Assembly (NCBI GenBank): GCA_038887515.1
Contig: JAWAKK010000001.1
Span: 224,001 to 288,000 of the forward strand
Direction of reading: 5' to 3'
DNA length: 64,000 nt
Source of the DNA: Candidatus Nezhaarchaeales archaeon
GTDB lineage: Archaea > Thermoproteota > Methanomethylicia > Nezhaarchaeales > WYZ-LMO8
Shown: piece by piece, positions 39,668 to 49,944 of the stretch
Position numbering within the stretch: position 1 is the first letter of the stretch
How the letters are laid out: the number at the start of each line of letters is the position of its first letter
The notes under the pieces: model-generated
The model's database searches: none
The model's input: the letters and a program-made list of their open reading frames with translations, nothing else
Told to the model about the DNA's origin: nothing
Position numbers and translations under genes: made by a program

Positions 39668-40486
39668 TTAAGATCTTATCGGTACGCCTCTTTCAGCCAG
39701 GTACTTCTTCACGTCTGATATGCTATAAACGCCGAAGTGAAATATTGATGCCGCCAACGCCGCATCTGCCTTACCTATAGTTAGTGCCTCATACATGTGA
39801 TGTGGATTTCCAGCCCCACCACTGGCAATAACTGGTACGCTTACCGCTTCAGCGACAGCTCTCGTCAACTCTATATCGTAGCCGCCTGTAGTACCGTCTT
39901 TGTCCATACTCGTTAAAAGTATCTCACCAGCTCCTAGCTCAGCAACCTTCTTAGCCCACCAAACGGCGTCTATACCTGTCGGTTGCCTACCACCATAAAT
40001 GTAAACCTCCCACCATACCTCTCCTTCGCTAGTCTCGACGTAAAATCCTTGAGGGCTCGGTCTCTCTTGCCTTAAGACTCTTTTTGCATCTATAGCCACT
40101 ACTATGCACTGAGAGCCGAAGATATCTGACGCCTCTTTGACAAGCTGCGGCCTCTTGACTGCGGCAGTATTTATCGAGACTTTATCAGCTCCAGCGACTA
40201 GCAACTCCCTTATATCGTCTATGTCTTTAATACCGCCTCCAACCGTGAAAGGTATGCTTAACGTATCTGCCGTCCTCTCGACGGCTTCTACTAAAGTCCT
40301 TCTTCCTTCGTAGGAAGCGGTTATGTCTAGGAATACCACTTCGTCAGCCCCTTGACTTTCGTAGTACGCAGCTAACTCAGCTGGATCACCCGCATCGCGT
40401 AGATTTACGAACCTAACCCCCTTTACAACTCGACCCCACTTAACGTCTAGACACGGTATAATCCTTTTAGTAAGCATGATAGTCAC
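39668..40486 (-). CDS. hisF: Imidazole glycerol phosphate synthase cyclase subunit
   Basis: [30 protein letters not shown] and ALAASIFH motifs. Confidence 0.98.
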   Translation of the reverse strand: MTIMLTKRIIPCLDVKWGRVVKGVRFVNLRDAGDPAELAAYYESQGADEVVFLDITASYEGRRTLVEAVERTADTLSIPFTVGGGIKDIDDIRELLVAGADKVSINTAAVKRPQLVKEASDIFGSQCIVVAIDAKRVLRQERPSPQGFYVETSEGEVWWEVYIYGGRQPTGIDAVWWAKKVAELGAGEILLTSMDKDGTTGGYDIELTRAVAEAVSVPVIASGGAGNPHHMYEALTIGKADAALAASIFHFGVYSISDVKKYLAERGVPIRS

Positions 40487-41206
40487 CTAACAATCCTTAC
40501 ATACCCTTATGGCCTCTCTAAGGCTTATTAATCCCTCATAGAGTGCTTTACCAACTATTAAGCCATAGGCTCCAGCTTTCTTTGCCTTTTCTACGTCCTG
40601 TAAACTTGAGACCCCTCCGGCAGCTAGTACCTTGATCTCACCTATCTTTGCTACGCTCTCAATGCTTTTTTCATCTATACCACTAAGTGTGCCGTCCCTC
40701 GCAGCCGACGACACGAGTATCCACTTAAAGCCCATCTCCTTAGCTCTCCTAGCTTCGTCGACGAGAAGCCTTTCAGTGACCTCTTTCCAACCCTTAATTG
40801 CTACCTTACCGTCGAAATGGTCTAAAGCTACTACGATTTTGTCCCCGCCTATTTGCTTTACGAACTCTTCTGCTAACTCCATCTTTTCTATGAATATCGT
40901 GCCTATAACGACTCTCGCTGCTCCGGCCTCAAGTAGTGTAAGCGCCTTCTCTATGCTCCTAATTCCTCCAGCCACCTGCACCTCAATGTTTGCTTCAGAT
41001 ATCAATTGCAGTATAGTCTCCATGTTGCTACCCCTGCCGTGGGCCGCATCTAGATCCACTACGTGGACTACTTCAGCGCCTTCTTGCTCCCACTTCCTTA
41101 AAGCCTCGAGAGGCTTCAGTTGGTAGATCGTCAACTTATTCATGTCACCCATGTAGAGTCTCGCGACCTTTCGACTAACTATGTCTATTGCTGGTATTAT
41201 CTTCAA
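40487..41206 (-). CDS. hisA: ProFAR isomerase
   Basis: IIPAID, HVVDLDAA, QVAGGIRS, RDGTLSG and IVGKALYEG motifs. Confidence 0.96.
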   Translation of the reverse strand: MKIIPAIDIVSRKVARLYMGDMNKLTIYQLKPLEALRKWEQEGAEVVHVVDLDAAHGRGSNMETILQLISEANIEVQVAGGIRSIEKALTLLEAGAARVVIGTIFIEKMELAEEFVKQIGGDKIVVALDHFDGKVAIKGWKEVTERLLVDEARRAKEMGFKWILVSSAARDGTLSGIDEKSIESVAKIGEIKVLAAGGVSSLQDVEKAKKAGAYGLIVGKALYEGLISLREAIRVCKDC

Positions 41207-41212
41207 ACACGT

Positions 41213-41824
41213 TCACCGTTTAGCAAGCTTAACAAAGTTCTTAAGAATCGTCAAGCCATCCTTACCGCTCTTTTCAGGGTGAAATTGGGTTCCAAAGATC
41301 AGAGGTTTAGTCTCAATAATTGAGGGAAACTCGCACCCATACGTTGTAGTCGCAATTACGTTTTCCCATCTTTTTGGGCTCACTTTATAAGAATGGACGA
41401 AATACATGTAGGCTTCGTCACGAATTCCTTCAATTATTGGGCTCCAAGACCTTATTTTAATGGTGTTCCAACCGATATGGGGTATCTTAACTATATTGGG
41501 AAGTTTATCGACGAAACCTTCGATGATCCCTAATCCCCTTACACCTCCACCCTCTTCGCTCCATTCGAAACATAATTGGAGCCCGAGACATATGCCGAGG
41601 ACTGGTCTTCCACCTCTTATAGTCTCTTGCAATGAATGTAGCATGTCGCCAAGGTTTTGCATAGCACTTTTAAAAGATCCTACCCCCGGCAGGACTACCG
41701 CGTCAGAACTCATAACGTCTTCTTCTCTAGCAGTTACGACTGCGGTTGCACCAGCCCTCTCAAGCCCTCTCTTAATGCTTCTTAAGTTCCCTATACCGTA
41801 GTCTATTATTGCTACGACCACCAT
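41213..41824 (-). CDS. hisH: IGP synthase glutamine amidotransferase subunit
   Basis: IDYGIGNL, LPGVG, GICLG, YFVHSY and QFHPEKS motifs. Confidence 0.98.
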   Translation of the reverse strand: MVVVAIIDYGIGNLRSIKRGLERAGATAVVTAREEDVMSSDAVVLPGVGSFKSAMQNLGDMLHSLQETIRGGRPVLGICLGLQLCFEWSEEGGGVRGLGIIEGFVDKLPNIVKIPHIGWNTIKIRSWSPIIEGIRDEAYMYFVHSYKVSPKRWENVIATTTYGCEFPSIIETKPLIFGTQFHPEKSGKDGLTILKNFVKLAKR

Positions 41825-41837
41825 GCCCTACACACTT

Positions 41838-42425
41838 CTACAGTATGCCCTTTATGCTTGGAATACCTCCACGATTTATAGCGACAGCCTGTTTTAACGC
41901 TAACGCAAGAGCTTTAAATGCTGCTTCCACCTTGTGATGGTCATTGCTCCCACATAGGGTCCTTACGTGTATTGCTATCTTAGCTGAGTCGCACATAGAC
42001 TTAAAGAAGTGCATTATGTCTTCAACCTTCACGTCTTCGACGTAATCTGACTTCACGTCCAGGCTCGCGTTAAACGAAGGCCTTCCCGAAAGGTCCACAG
42101 CTACTAGAGCTAGTGCATCATCCATGGGTACTATAGCCCAGCCAAACCTGTTCACCCCCTCTCTTCCTCCAAGAGCCTTTGCAAGTGCTTCACCAATAGC
42201 TAAGCCCACATCTTCAGCTATGTGGTGTTCTAAATCGCCTTCAAGTACTCTGACTTTGAGATCCAGTGAACCATGATAAGACAACGTCTTAAGCATGTGA
42301 TCTAGAAATAGAAAGCCTGTCTCGGCTTCGCATGAACCGGATCCATCTAGCTCTAGCTCAACCTCTACTTGCGTTTCCGAAGTTTTTCTCTCAACCCTCG
42401 CCCTTCTCAAGGGGCCTTCCCCCAA
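41838..42425 (-). CDS. hisB: Imidazoleglycerol-phosphate dehydratase
   Basis: RKTSET, FLDHML, HHIAED, PMDDAL and NDHHKVEAAFKA motifs. Confidence 0.97.
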   Translation of the reverse strand: MGEGPLRRARVERKTSETQVEVELELDGSGSCEAETGFLFLDHMLKTLSYHGSLDLKVRVLEGDLEHHIAEDVGLAIGEALAKALGGREGVNRFGWAIVPMDDALALVAVDLSGRPSFNASLDVKSDYVEDVKVEDIMHFFKSMCDSAKIAIHVRTLCGSNDHHKVEAAFKALALALKQAVAINRGGIPSIKGIL

Positions 42426-42480
42426 TTAACGATATCTTATTTTAAGGAATCCATAAAAGTTCTTCTACTAGGTCATGCAT

Positions 42481-43554
42481 TTAAAGTGTCAGAACTTCTC
42501 TTAAAGCTTGAACGAAGAGCTTATTGACGTCTCGAGGACCAACTGTAACTCTTATACAATTCTCCAATAATGGTTTAAGGTCTCTTTCTCTGACGTAGAA
42601 GCCCATGGACTCCAGCCTCTCAATAAGCTCCCTTGAACCTCCAATATTTACTCTGAATAGCACGAAGTTTGCCTTTGAATCGTAGGGTCTTATCCCCTTA
42701 ATAGAAGCAAGCTCTCTGAGGAGGAACTCTCTTTCCCTCTTTACTTCCTCAATGGTCTTTTTCACGACATGCCACTTATCTAAGACGATTTCCACAACCT
42801 CTTGTGCCAACGAATTTACCGAATATGGCGACTGAAGTCTGTTAATGAAGCTATGTACTTCCTCGCTGACAACTGCGTATCCTATCCTAAGGCCAGCGAG
42901 TCCAGCGACCTTGGAGAAAGACCTTAATACTACTACGTTCTCGTACTTCAGCGGCAGATCCCACAGACTAAAGTCTCCAAAGTCAGCGTAGGCCTCATCG
43001 ATTACTAGGATACCATCGAACTCCTCAGCTAAAGTCTCTAACAGCTCTCTTGGATACTGCTTGCCAGTAGGGTTATTCGGTGAAGCTAGGAAGATAGCTT
43101 TCGCCCCCCTAGAAACTTCGAGCAATTTATCGGCGCTTATTGAGAAGTCGCTATTCACGTAGAAGCTATCGACTACACCTCCTAAAGCCTCTACGTAGAA
43201 CCTATACATCTCGAACGTCGGCTCCACTATCAACGCCCTCCCTTGGCCTACAAAACACTTGGCTACAAGGTCTATGATGGCATCACTGCCATTGTCTACT
43301 ATAACGTTCCTCTTTGAAACTCCTAGAAACTTAGCTATTGCCTCAACAGCCTTAGATGCGTACGCCGGTGGGTAGAGCCTAACATCAACTCTTTCGAGGG
43401 CCTCCTTGACTAAGCTCCTAATCCAATCTTCATCTAATATCAAGTTCTCGTTAGCATCGAGCTTATACGCTTTAGTTTTTCGAAGAGCTCTCTCCCTGAC
43501 TTCGTATTTAAGTAGCTTCTTCACGTAAGGGTTAACGTAAGACTCGATCTTCAA
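42481..43554 (-). CDS. hisC: Histidinol-phosphate aminotransferase
   Basis: KLDANEN, NGSD, SPNNPTG, DEAY and RSFSKVAGLAGLRIGY motifs. Confidence 0.96.
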   Translation of the reverse strand: MKIESYVNPYVKKLLKYEVRERALRKTKAYKLDANENLILDEDWIRSLVKEALERVDVRLYPPAYASKAVEAIAKFLGVSKRNVIVDNGSDAIIDLVAKCFVGQGRALIVEPTFEMYRFYVEALGGVVDSFYVNSDFSISADKLLEVSRGAKAIFLASPNNPTGKQYPRELLETLAEEFDGILVIDEAYADFGDFSLWDLPLKYENVVVLRSFSKVAGLAGLRIGYAVVSEEVHSFINRLQSPYSVNSLAQEVVEIVLDKWHVVKKTIEEVKREREFLLRELASIKGIRPYDSKANFVLFRVNIGGSRELIERLESMGFYVRERDLKPLLENCIRVTVGPRDVNKLFVQALREVLTL

Positions 43555-44822
43555 TCAACTATTCTCCTCCTTAACGCTTCGGCGTGAAACTTAAAGCCCT
43601 CGATTTCGGCCAACCTTATTGCAGCCCAGTATACTTCCTTGTTAACCTCATATACTTCAACATAATGCATAAGCTTCATGAAGGTCAGCGTCGAGATCCC
43701 GCTCCTAAACCTAGAGCATCCACCTGTAGGTAAAACGTGGCTTGGGCCAGCGCAGTAATCGCTTAAAGCCGTTGGGGCCTGAGGTCCGACGAGCAGGACT
43801 CCAGTAGACCTTATTTCATGAACGAACTCTTCCGGATTTAGAACCATTAATTGGAGGTGCTCAGGAGCATACGCGTTAGCAAACTCTATTAAGCTCATAG
43901 GGTCCCCGTAAACTGCGATGAAGTGCTTTTCGAGTACTTCATTTACTACGGGGCTCTCTGACGCTATAAGTTTAAGCTCCTCTACCACTTTCTCTATGAT
44001 CCTTAAACTTGTTGTTGCAAGCGCTATTTGAGCTAGTGGATCGTGCTCGGCCTGAGACGCTAAGTCCAAAGCTACTAACTTTGGATCAACACTCTCATCT
44101 GCTATTACCAGTAGTTCACTAGGACCTGCCAGCACATCTATCCCAACAACGTTACTTACAAGGTACTTAGCGGCCGTTACGTAAATGTTGCCTGGTCCAG
44201 CTATGACATCAACCTTCTTAATACTCTCCGTTCCATACGCCATGGCAGCTATGGCTTGAGCTCCACCGGCCTTGTAGATTTCGTCAACTCCAACTTCGTT
44301 AAGTGCTACCAATATGTAAGGGTTAAGCCTTCCATTGGCTTTTGGAGGGGAGCAAGCTACGACTTTCTTTACTCCAGCGACCTTTGCAGGGACGCCAGTC
44401 ATGACTGCTGACGACGGATAAGGGGCCCGTCCACCGGGGATGTATAGGCCAGCTACGTCGACTGGCCTTGGTAATACACCGACTTTTATTCCTTTCTTTA
44501 CTTCCTTAGTCCAAGGGCTTGGTCTCTCTTCTTCGTGAAACCTCTTGACTACGTCGATGGCAACCTTCAAAGCTTCTACGAACTCCTCACTAACGTAGGA
44601 GTAGGCTTCCTCGACTTCACTCCTTGAAACCTTAATTTCATAGTCGCAAGATATATTAGAGAACTTTTTGTCAAATCCCTTGACCGCCTTATCCCCTTCT
44701 TCTCGGACGGCCCTTAATATCGGCTTGACGGCTTCTACCGCCTCTTCAAACTTTTCAGCTCCTCTCCTAGAGACCTCTTTCAAGGCCTCCTCCATGCTTT
44801 CATGCAAGTTGAATATCCTCAA
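43551..44822 (-). CDS. hisD: Histidinol dehydrogenase
   Basis: YIPGG, GGAQA, GPGNIYV, AGPSE, QAEHD, APEHL and GPSHVLPT motifs. Confidence 0.98.
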   Translation of the reverse strand: MRIFNLHESMEEALKEVSRRGAEKFEEAVEAVKPILRAVREEGDKAVKGFDKKFSNISCDYEIKVSRSEVEEAYSYVSEEFVEALKVAIDVVKRFHEEERPSPWTKEVKKGIKVGVLPRPVDVAGLYIPGGRAPYPSSAVMTGVPAKVAGVKKVVACSPPKANGRLNPYILVALNEVGVDEIYKAGGAQAIAAMAYGTESIKKVDVIAGPGNIYVTAAKYLVSNVVGIDVLAGPSELLVIADESVDPKLVALDLASQAEHDPLAQIALATTSLRIIEKVVEELKLIASESPVVNEVLEKHFIAVYGDPMSLIEFANAYAPEHLQLMVLNPEEFVHEIRSTGVLLVGPQAPTALSDYCAGPSHVLPTGGCSRFRSGISTLTFMKLMHYVEVYEVNKEVYWAAIRLAEIEGFKFHAEALRRRIVD

Positions 44823-45442
44823 CTTGATCCCCTCATCACATTTAATAACCTAGTTATTTCGTTTTCTCTTGCCCTAAACGAAACTTTATTGCATATGAGC
44901 CTTGCTGTAGACTCAAGAATCGTAGCTATTTCCTTGAGACCGTTCTCCTTCAACGTTGTGCCGGTCGTAGATAGGTCAACTATGGCATCTGCTAAGCCGA
45001 GTTTCGGGGCTATCTCGACAGCTCCTTCTACTTCAACAACCTTTACGCTTAGTCCTAAGCCCTCAAAGTATCTATTCGTTATGCGTGGAAAACTAGTAGC
45101 TATCCTGGAGCCTTGAGGTACCTCGTACACGTTGTTTATGTTCGAGTCTTCAGGTACTGCAACCACCATCTTGCACCATCCAAAACCCAAATCCATGAGT
45201 TCGTAGACGTCGACCTCTTTTTCTAAGACTAAGTCGTGACCTGTAATGCCTAGATCTACTGCCCCAAAGTGGACGTAGACAGGTATGTCGGCCGCTCTTG
45301 CAAAAATGACTTGGAGGTCGTTGACTCTCACGCTATAGGACCTAGAACCCTCTTCAACCTTAAAGCCAATCCTTCTTAATAGTTCAAGAGATGGTTTGTG
45401 GAGTCTCCCCTTGTTGGGGATCGCTATTCTAAGTAACCTCAC
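44819..45442 (-). CDS. hisG: ATP phosphoribosyltransferase, short form
   Basis: IAIPNKGRL, DLGITG.D, GAVEIAP..GLADAIVD and TG.TL..NGL motifs; 207 aa, no C-terminal regulatory domain. Confidence 0.96.
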   Translation of the reverse strand: MRLLRIAIPNKGRLHKPSLELLRRIGFKVEEGSRSYSVRVNDLQVIFARAADIPVYVHFGAVDLGITGHDLVLEKEVDVYELMDLGFGWCKMVVAVPEDSNINNVYEVPQGSRIATSFPRITNRYFEGLGLSVKVVEVEGAVEIAPKLGLADAIVDLSTTGTTLKENGLKEIATILESTARLICNKVSFRARENEITRLLNVMRGSS

Positions 45443-45443
45443 T

Positions 45444-46629
45444 TTACTCCACCACTTCTAAGTTCGCTCCAATCCTTTCAGCCCTAGCTTGGGCCCCCTT
45501 GATATCGCCTACTGGATGGAGTTCGACTATAACTCCCTGGCCTCTAAGACTTCGTGCTCTTGCCATCGCTTTGCCGTAACTCTTAAGGTTTGCCGGGACT
45601 ATTATAACGCTCTTCCTTTTACTAATCCTTTGAATTATCGAGTCTACGCCTATTGCTTCAACTAAATAGTCGACTACTAGTGCAAAGCCTGTTGCCGGGA
45701 CCTCCTTACCTGTAAACGTAGCTATCAGATCGTCGTATCTACCTCCTCCACCTAAAGCTCTCCCGAACGTGGGAGTATAAGGTTCGAAGATTATACCAGT
45801 ATAGTAGTCAAATCCCCTAATGAGACTTAAATCTAAGGTAACTTTATCTTGAACTCCGTTGTATTTCAATAGTTCAAACAGTAATAAGATCTCGTTGGCT
45901 TGCCTAACAAGTTGATCGTCACTTAATATACACAAAACCTCGTCAAGCACCCCTAGACCCCTACGATCGCATATAGCTTCAAAGACCTTCATAACCTCAG
46001 CTCGACAGCCCACCCTCCTAAGCAATCCTTTTAGACCGGTCGAATCCTTCATCGATACGAGGTTCTTGACCATCTCGCTTTCTTCAACATTAAGATCGGC
46101 AAGGGATAATAGCCTCTTAAATATCCCCGCGTGGCCTATATCTATCTTAACCTCCTTCAAGCCCAGCTCGTTGAGGGACGATATCATAAGTGATATGACT
46201 TCAGCGTCGGCATCAACTCCTCTGTAACCTATTAGCTCAACTCCAGCTTGCCAGAACTCTCGGGGATAACTCCGAAATCCCTCCTTAAACCTTACGACGT
46301 TACTTATGTAGCATAACCTTAGAGGCATGAGCTCTCCAATCATCTTAGAGCAGACGAGTCTAGCTACTGGTGCGGTCATCTCAGCCCTAAATGCTACAAG
46401 CTTGCCGTCGTCATCTTGAGCCTTAAACATCGAATGTACTAAGTCCTTACCAACTTTCTTGGATAGAACGTCTAGGTACTCAAAAATTGGAGTCCTAACT
46501 TCTCTATAACCCCACAAGGTGAAGATTTCGAGGAGCTTAGACTCGACATACCTAAAAGCTTCACTGAGTGGAGGGATTAAGTCTCTAGTACCTCTTGGTG
46601 TCTGAGTGAACTGGAGCCCCCCTAACCAT
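45444..46629 (-). CDS. hisZ: ATP phosphoribosyltransferase regulatory subunit (5' end has a one-base frameshift in a G6 run)
   Basis: The conserved TPRGTRD and WGYREVRTP extend upstream of the annotated TTG 46517; REFWQAGVELIG, YYTGIIFE, GGGRYDDL and PATGF motifs. ATG 46629 is in frame only if the run at 46617-46622 is G5. Confidence 0.88.
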
Positions 46630-46896
46630 TAGCTAAACCCTCCGACAAGCTAGCGGGCTTGGAGCTATTAAACCTTACTATAAGGGCCTCAATAAAAGCT
46701 TTGCAAAAGACAGGTCTCCATACTATCGAGACCTAAGGATTCAACATGCTTAGCCTAAACTATGTGCTAAAAGCTCAGATTATGCTTATGACCCTCTCGA
46801 AGTCATGGTACGAAATGTGTAAATTTGTCTATATTTTTCGTACTTTCTTTTCCGAAAAATTTAAATTTTTGTTCTCAGCTCATTTAGCGATTCGGC

Positions 46897-48288
46897 ATGT
46901 CCATAACGAAAGTCTTACTGGTCGACACTACTCTTAGGGAGGGCGAGCAGACTCCAGGCGTAAACTTCACGGTCGACGAGAAGCTCGAGATAGCTAGAGC
47001 TTTAGATAGTATTGGTGTTCACATGATTGAAGCCGGCGATCCCAACGTCTCTGAAGACGTATATCGAGCCGTCAAACTGATAGCTCAAGAGGGACTCTCC
47101 GCCGACATCATAGCCCATTGTAGGGCTAGCATAAAGGACGTAGAGAAAGCTATTTCATGTGACGTCGATAGGGTCGCAATATTTCTAGGAGTTACAGATA
47201 CTAAGCTTAAGTCTATGAAGTTATCTGAAGACGAAGCTGTCGAGAAGGTCGTAAACGCGATAGAGTACGCTAAGAGCCACGGGGTTAAGGTTAGGTTCAC
47301 GGCTGAGGATGGCATGAGGGCTCGATACGACTTCTTAGTTAGGATATGTATCGAAGCTGTCCAAGCAGGCGCTGATAGGATAAGCCTACCAGATACTGTC
47401 GGAGTAATGACTCCTGGGAAGACTAAGGAATTTTTTGAGAGAATAAGCAGAGACGTTAGGAATGTAGAGTTCGACTGCCACTGCCATAACGATCTCGGCA
47501 TGGCAGTTGCAAATGCGCTATCTGCCCTTGAAGGGGGAGCCACAGGAGTCCACGTTACTGTTAATGGGATAGGCGAGAGGGCTGGCATTACTAGTCTTGA
47601 GACAATAGCAGTCGCCTTAAAGGTTCTCTATGGCATGGAGGTCGTAAAATTGGACAGGCTCTCGTGGATTTCAGCCCTAGTTGAAAGACTTAGTGGTGTA
47701 GTCGTTCCACCAAACGCACCGGTAGTTGGTGAAAATGCCTTTTCTCATAAGGGAGGAGTCCACATAGCGGCAGTATTGTACGATCCTTCGACGTATGAAG
47801 CCTTCCCGCCTGAACTTGTTGGTAGGAAGAGGGAGATAGTTGTAAGTAAGTACGCAGGGAAGCATGCTGTTAAAGCTAGGCTTGAGGCTCTAGGTATTCA
47901 GCTTAGCGATGAGCATGTCGAAAAGATGATTCAATTGATAAAGAGCAGGAACGACGTTAGAACTTATAGAGATGCTGACCTTATAGAGTTGGCTGAGAAA
48001 GTTACTGGAATTAAGTTGACTCCGGACGTTCCCTCTATGGTGGAGGCTATAATACTTGTTAAATGCGAACCCAACGTCTACACGACCTCAATAGCTAGGA
48101 GAATAGCATCGATGAGAGAAGTAGTTGAAGTATATGAAATAAGCGGTGAGTACGACATTCAAATTAGGATCTCGACGTCCTCTATTTCCGAGCTGAACGA
48201 CTGTCTTGAGAAGATAAGAGGAATAAAGGGTGTTAGTAGCACGTACACACACTTAGTACTCAAGTCTTTAAGGCCCCTGCAGCGATGA
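46897..48288 (+). CDS. Homocitrate synthase with C-terminal RAM (Lrp/AsnC ligand-binding) domain
   Basis: DTTLREGEQ, HCHNDLG, GIGERAG and AFSHKGGVH motifs; C-terminal EVYEISGEYDI...TYTHLVLK RAM domain as in Sulfolobales homocitrate synthases. Confidence 0.82.
   Translation: MSITKVLLVDTTLREGEQTPGVNFTVDEKLEIARALDSIGVHMIEAGDPNVSEDVYRAVKLIAQEGLSADIIAHCRASIKDVEKAISCDVDRVAIFLGVTDTKLKSMKLSEDEAVEKVVNAIEYAKSHGVKVRFTAEDGMRARYDFLVRICIEAVQAGADRISLPDTVGVMTPGKTKEFFERISRDVRNVEFDCHCHNDLGMAVANALSALEGGATGVHVTVNGIGERAGITSLETIAVALKVLYGMEVVKLDRLSWISALVERLSGVVVPPNAPVVGENAFSHKGGVHIAAVLYDPSTYEAFPPELVGRKREIVVSKYAGKHAVKARLEALGIQLSDEHVEKMIQLIKSRNDVRTYRDADLIELAEKVTGIKLTPDVPSMVEAIILVKCEPNVYTTSIARRIASMREVVEVYEISGEYDIQIRISTSSISELNDCLEKIRGIKGVSSTYTHLVLKSLRPLQR
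46922..46962 (+). repeat. 41-bp exact repeat shared between the HCS and IPMS genes (second copy 48435-48475)
   Basis: TCGACACTACTCTTAGGGAGGGCGAGCAGACTCCAGGCGTA occurs in both genes. Confidence 0.95.
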
Positions 48289-48352
48289 GGATAGCAAATA
48301 ATTAAGGCGGGCTACACGTGTTAGAAGGGAATAGGTAAACGGTGAATGGTAC

Positions 48353-49939
48353 TTGCCAATAGATAAGATACCGTTCGTAAGTGACTATGTAAAAAAAGTA
48401 GCTTGTACGCTTAAGATAGGTGAAGTTAGAATTTTCGACACTACTCTTAGGGAGGGCGAGCAGACTCCAGGCGTAGTCTTTAGAATTGATGAGAAGCTCG
48501 AGATAGCTAAGCAACTAGACAAGCTGGGTGTAGACACTATCGAGGCTGGCTTTCCTGCGAGTTCGGATGAAGAATTTAAGGCTGTTAAAAGCATAGCCGA
48601 CCTCGGCCTTAAAGCCGAGATATGCGCTCTAGCTAGAACTCTGAAGTCCGATGTGGACCAAGCCTTAAAGGCTGACGTTGACGCAATACATACTTTCATA
48701 GGGACCTCCGAGTGGCACATAAAGTACAAGCTCAAGACCAGTCCAGAACAAGTCATAAAGATGGCTGTTGAAGCCGTCGACTACATAAAAGATCACGGTG
48801 TTATATGTGAATTCTCATGTGAAGACGCTACGAGAACAGACTTGAACTTCTTAATAAAGATGTACAAAGCGGTAGTGGACGCTGGTGTAGATAGAATAAA
48901 CGTTCCAGACACCGTCGGCGTGATGTCGCCTGAAGCAATGAAATACTTAATAGAGACGTTAAAGGAAAATATAAAGGTCCCAATATCGGTTCACTGTCAT
49001 AACGACCTTGGCATGGCCAATGCTAATGCTCTTGCAGCAATCGTAGCTGGGGCGACCCAAGTCCACGTTACTGTCAACGGCTTAGGCGAGAGGGCTGGTC
49101 ACGCTTCTCTAGAAGTCGTCGTCGTCGCGCTTGAGGCTCTCTACGGCGTTAAGACAAAGATAAAGAAGGAGTACTTAACGGAGACATGTAGACTCGTTGA
49201 GAAGTACAGCTTAGTGTACAATCCACCTAATTACCCCATAGTTGGTAAGAACGCTTTTGCGCATAGATCTGGTATTCATGTTCACGGCGTGATAGAAGAG
49301 CCCATAACGTATGAGCCATTTCCGCCGGAGTACGTTGGACAAACTAGAAGGATCGTCTTTGGGAAGCATAGTGGCAAGCACGGCATCAAGGCCCTCTTAG
49401 AGCAATACGGTATTCAGGCAGCTGAAGAGCAGCTAGCTAAGATAGCTGAGAAGGTTAGGGAGCTGGGTGAAAAGAAAAAGGCCGTTATGGAGGAAGACGT
49501 AGTTGCGATAGCTGAGGCGGTCGTGGGGGGTATACCTGAGCTGGAGAAGCCAGTTGTACTCAAAGAGCTCGTTGTAGTGACCGGAAACACTATAACACCG
49601 ACTTCGTCAGTCATGCTAAAGGTCTTCGACAAAGAGTTAAGGGCTGCAGCTATAGGTGTAGGCCCGGTAGATGCTTCAGCTAAGGCTATTGAGAGGGCGC
49701 TTGGCTCTTTGGGCCAATACACCTTAAGCGAATTCAAGTTGGAAGCGATAAGCGGCGGTACTGATAGTCTAGCAAGTGTAGAAATAGCTATAAGGGACCC
49801 CGAGGGGTCTACCTTCAAGGCTAAGGCTGTTGATAAAGACATAGTTATAGCGTCCGTTACAGCCTTGGTTGATGCCATAAACAAGGCTCTTATATTCAAG
49901 AAGGTAAAGGAGAAACGCAGCACAAAAGAGGGACTATAA
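48353..49939 (+). CDS. leuA: 2-isopropylmalate synthase (or citramalate synthase)
   Basis: FDTTLREGEQ, IEAGFP, HCHNDLG, AFAHRSGIH and GKHSG motifs; C-terminal regulatory domain GVGPVDA...DIVIAS. Confidence 0.88.
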   Translation: MPIDKIPFVSDYVKKVACTLKIGEVRIFDTTLREGEQTPGVVFRIDEKLEIAKQLDKLGVDTIEAGFPASSDEEFKAVKSIADLGLKAEICALARTLKSDVDQALKADVDAIHTFIGTSEWHIKYKLKTSPEQVIKMAVEAVDYIKDHGVICEFSCEDATRTDLNFLIKMYKAVVDAGVDRINVPDTVGVMSPEAMKYLIETLKENIKVPISVHCHNDLGMANANALAAIVAGATQVHVTVNGLGERAGHASLEVVVVALEALYGVKTKIKKEYLTETCRLVEKYSLVYNPPNYPIVGKNAFAHRSGIHVHGVIEEPITYEPFPPEYVGQTRRIVFGKHSGKHGIKALLEQYGIQAAEEQLAKIAEKVRELGEKKKAVMEEDVVAIAEAVVGGIPELEKPVVLKELVVVTGNTITPTSSVMLKVFDKELRAAAIGVGPVDASAKAIERALGSLGQYTLSEFKLEAISGGTDSLASVEIAIRDPEGSTFKAKAVDKDIVIASVTALVDAINKALIFKKVKEKRSTKEGL

Positions 49940-49944
49940 GTAAC

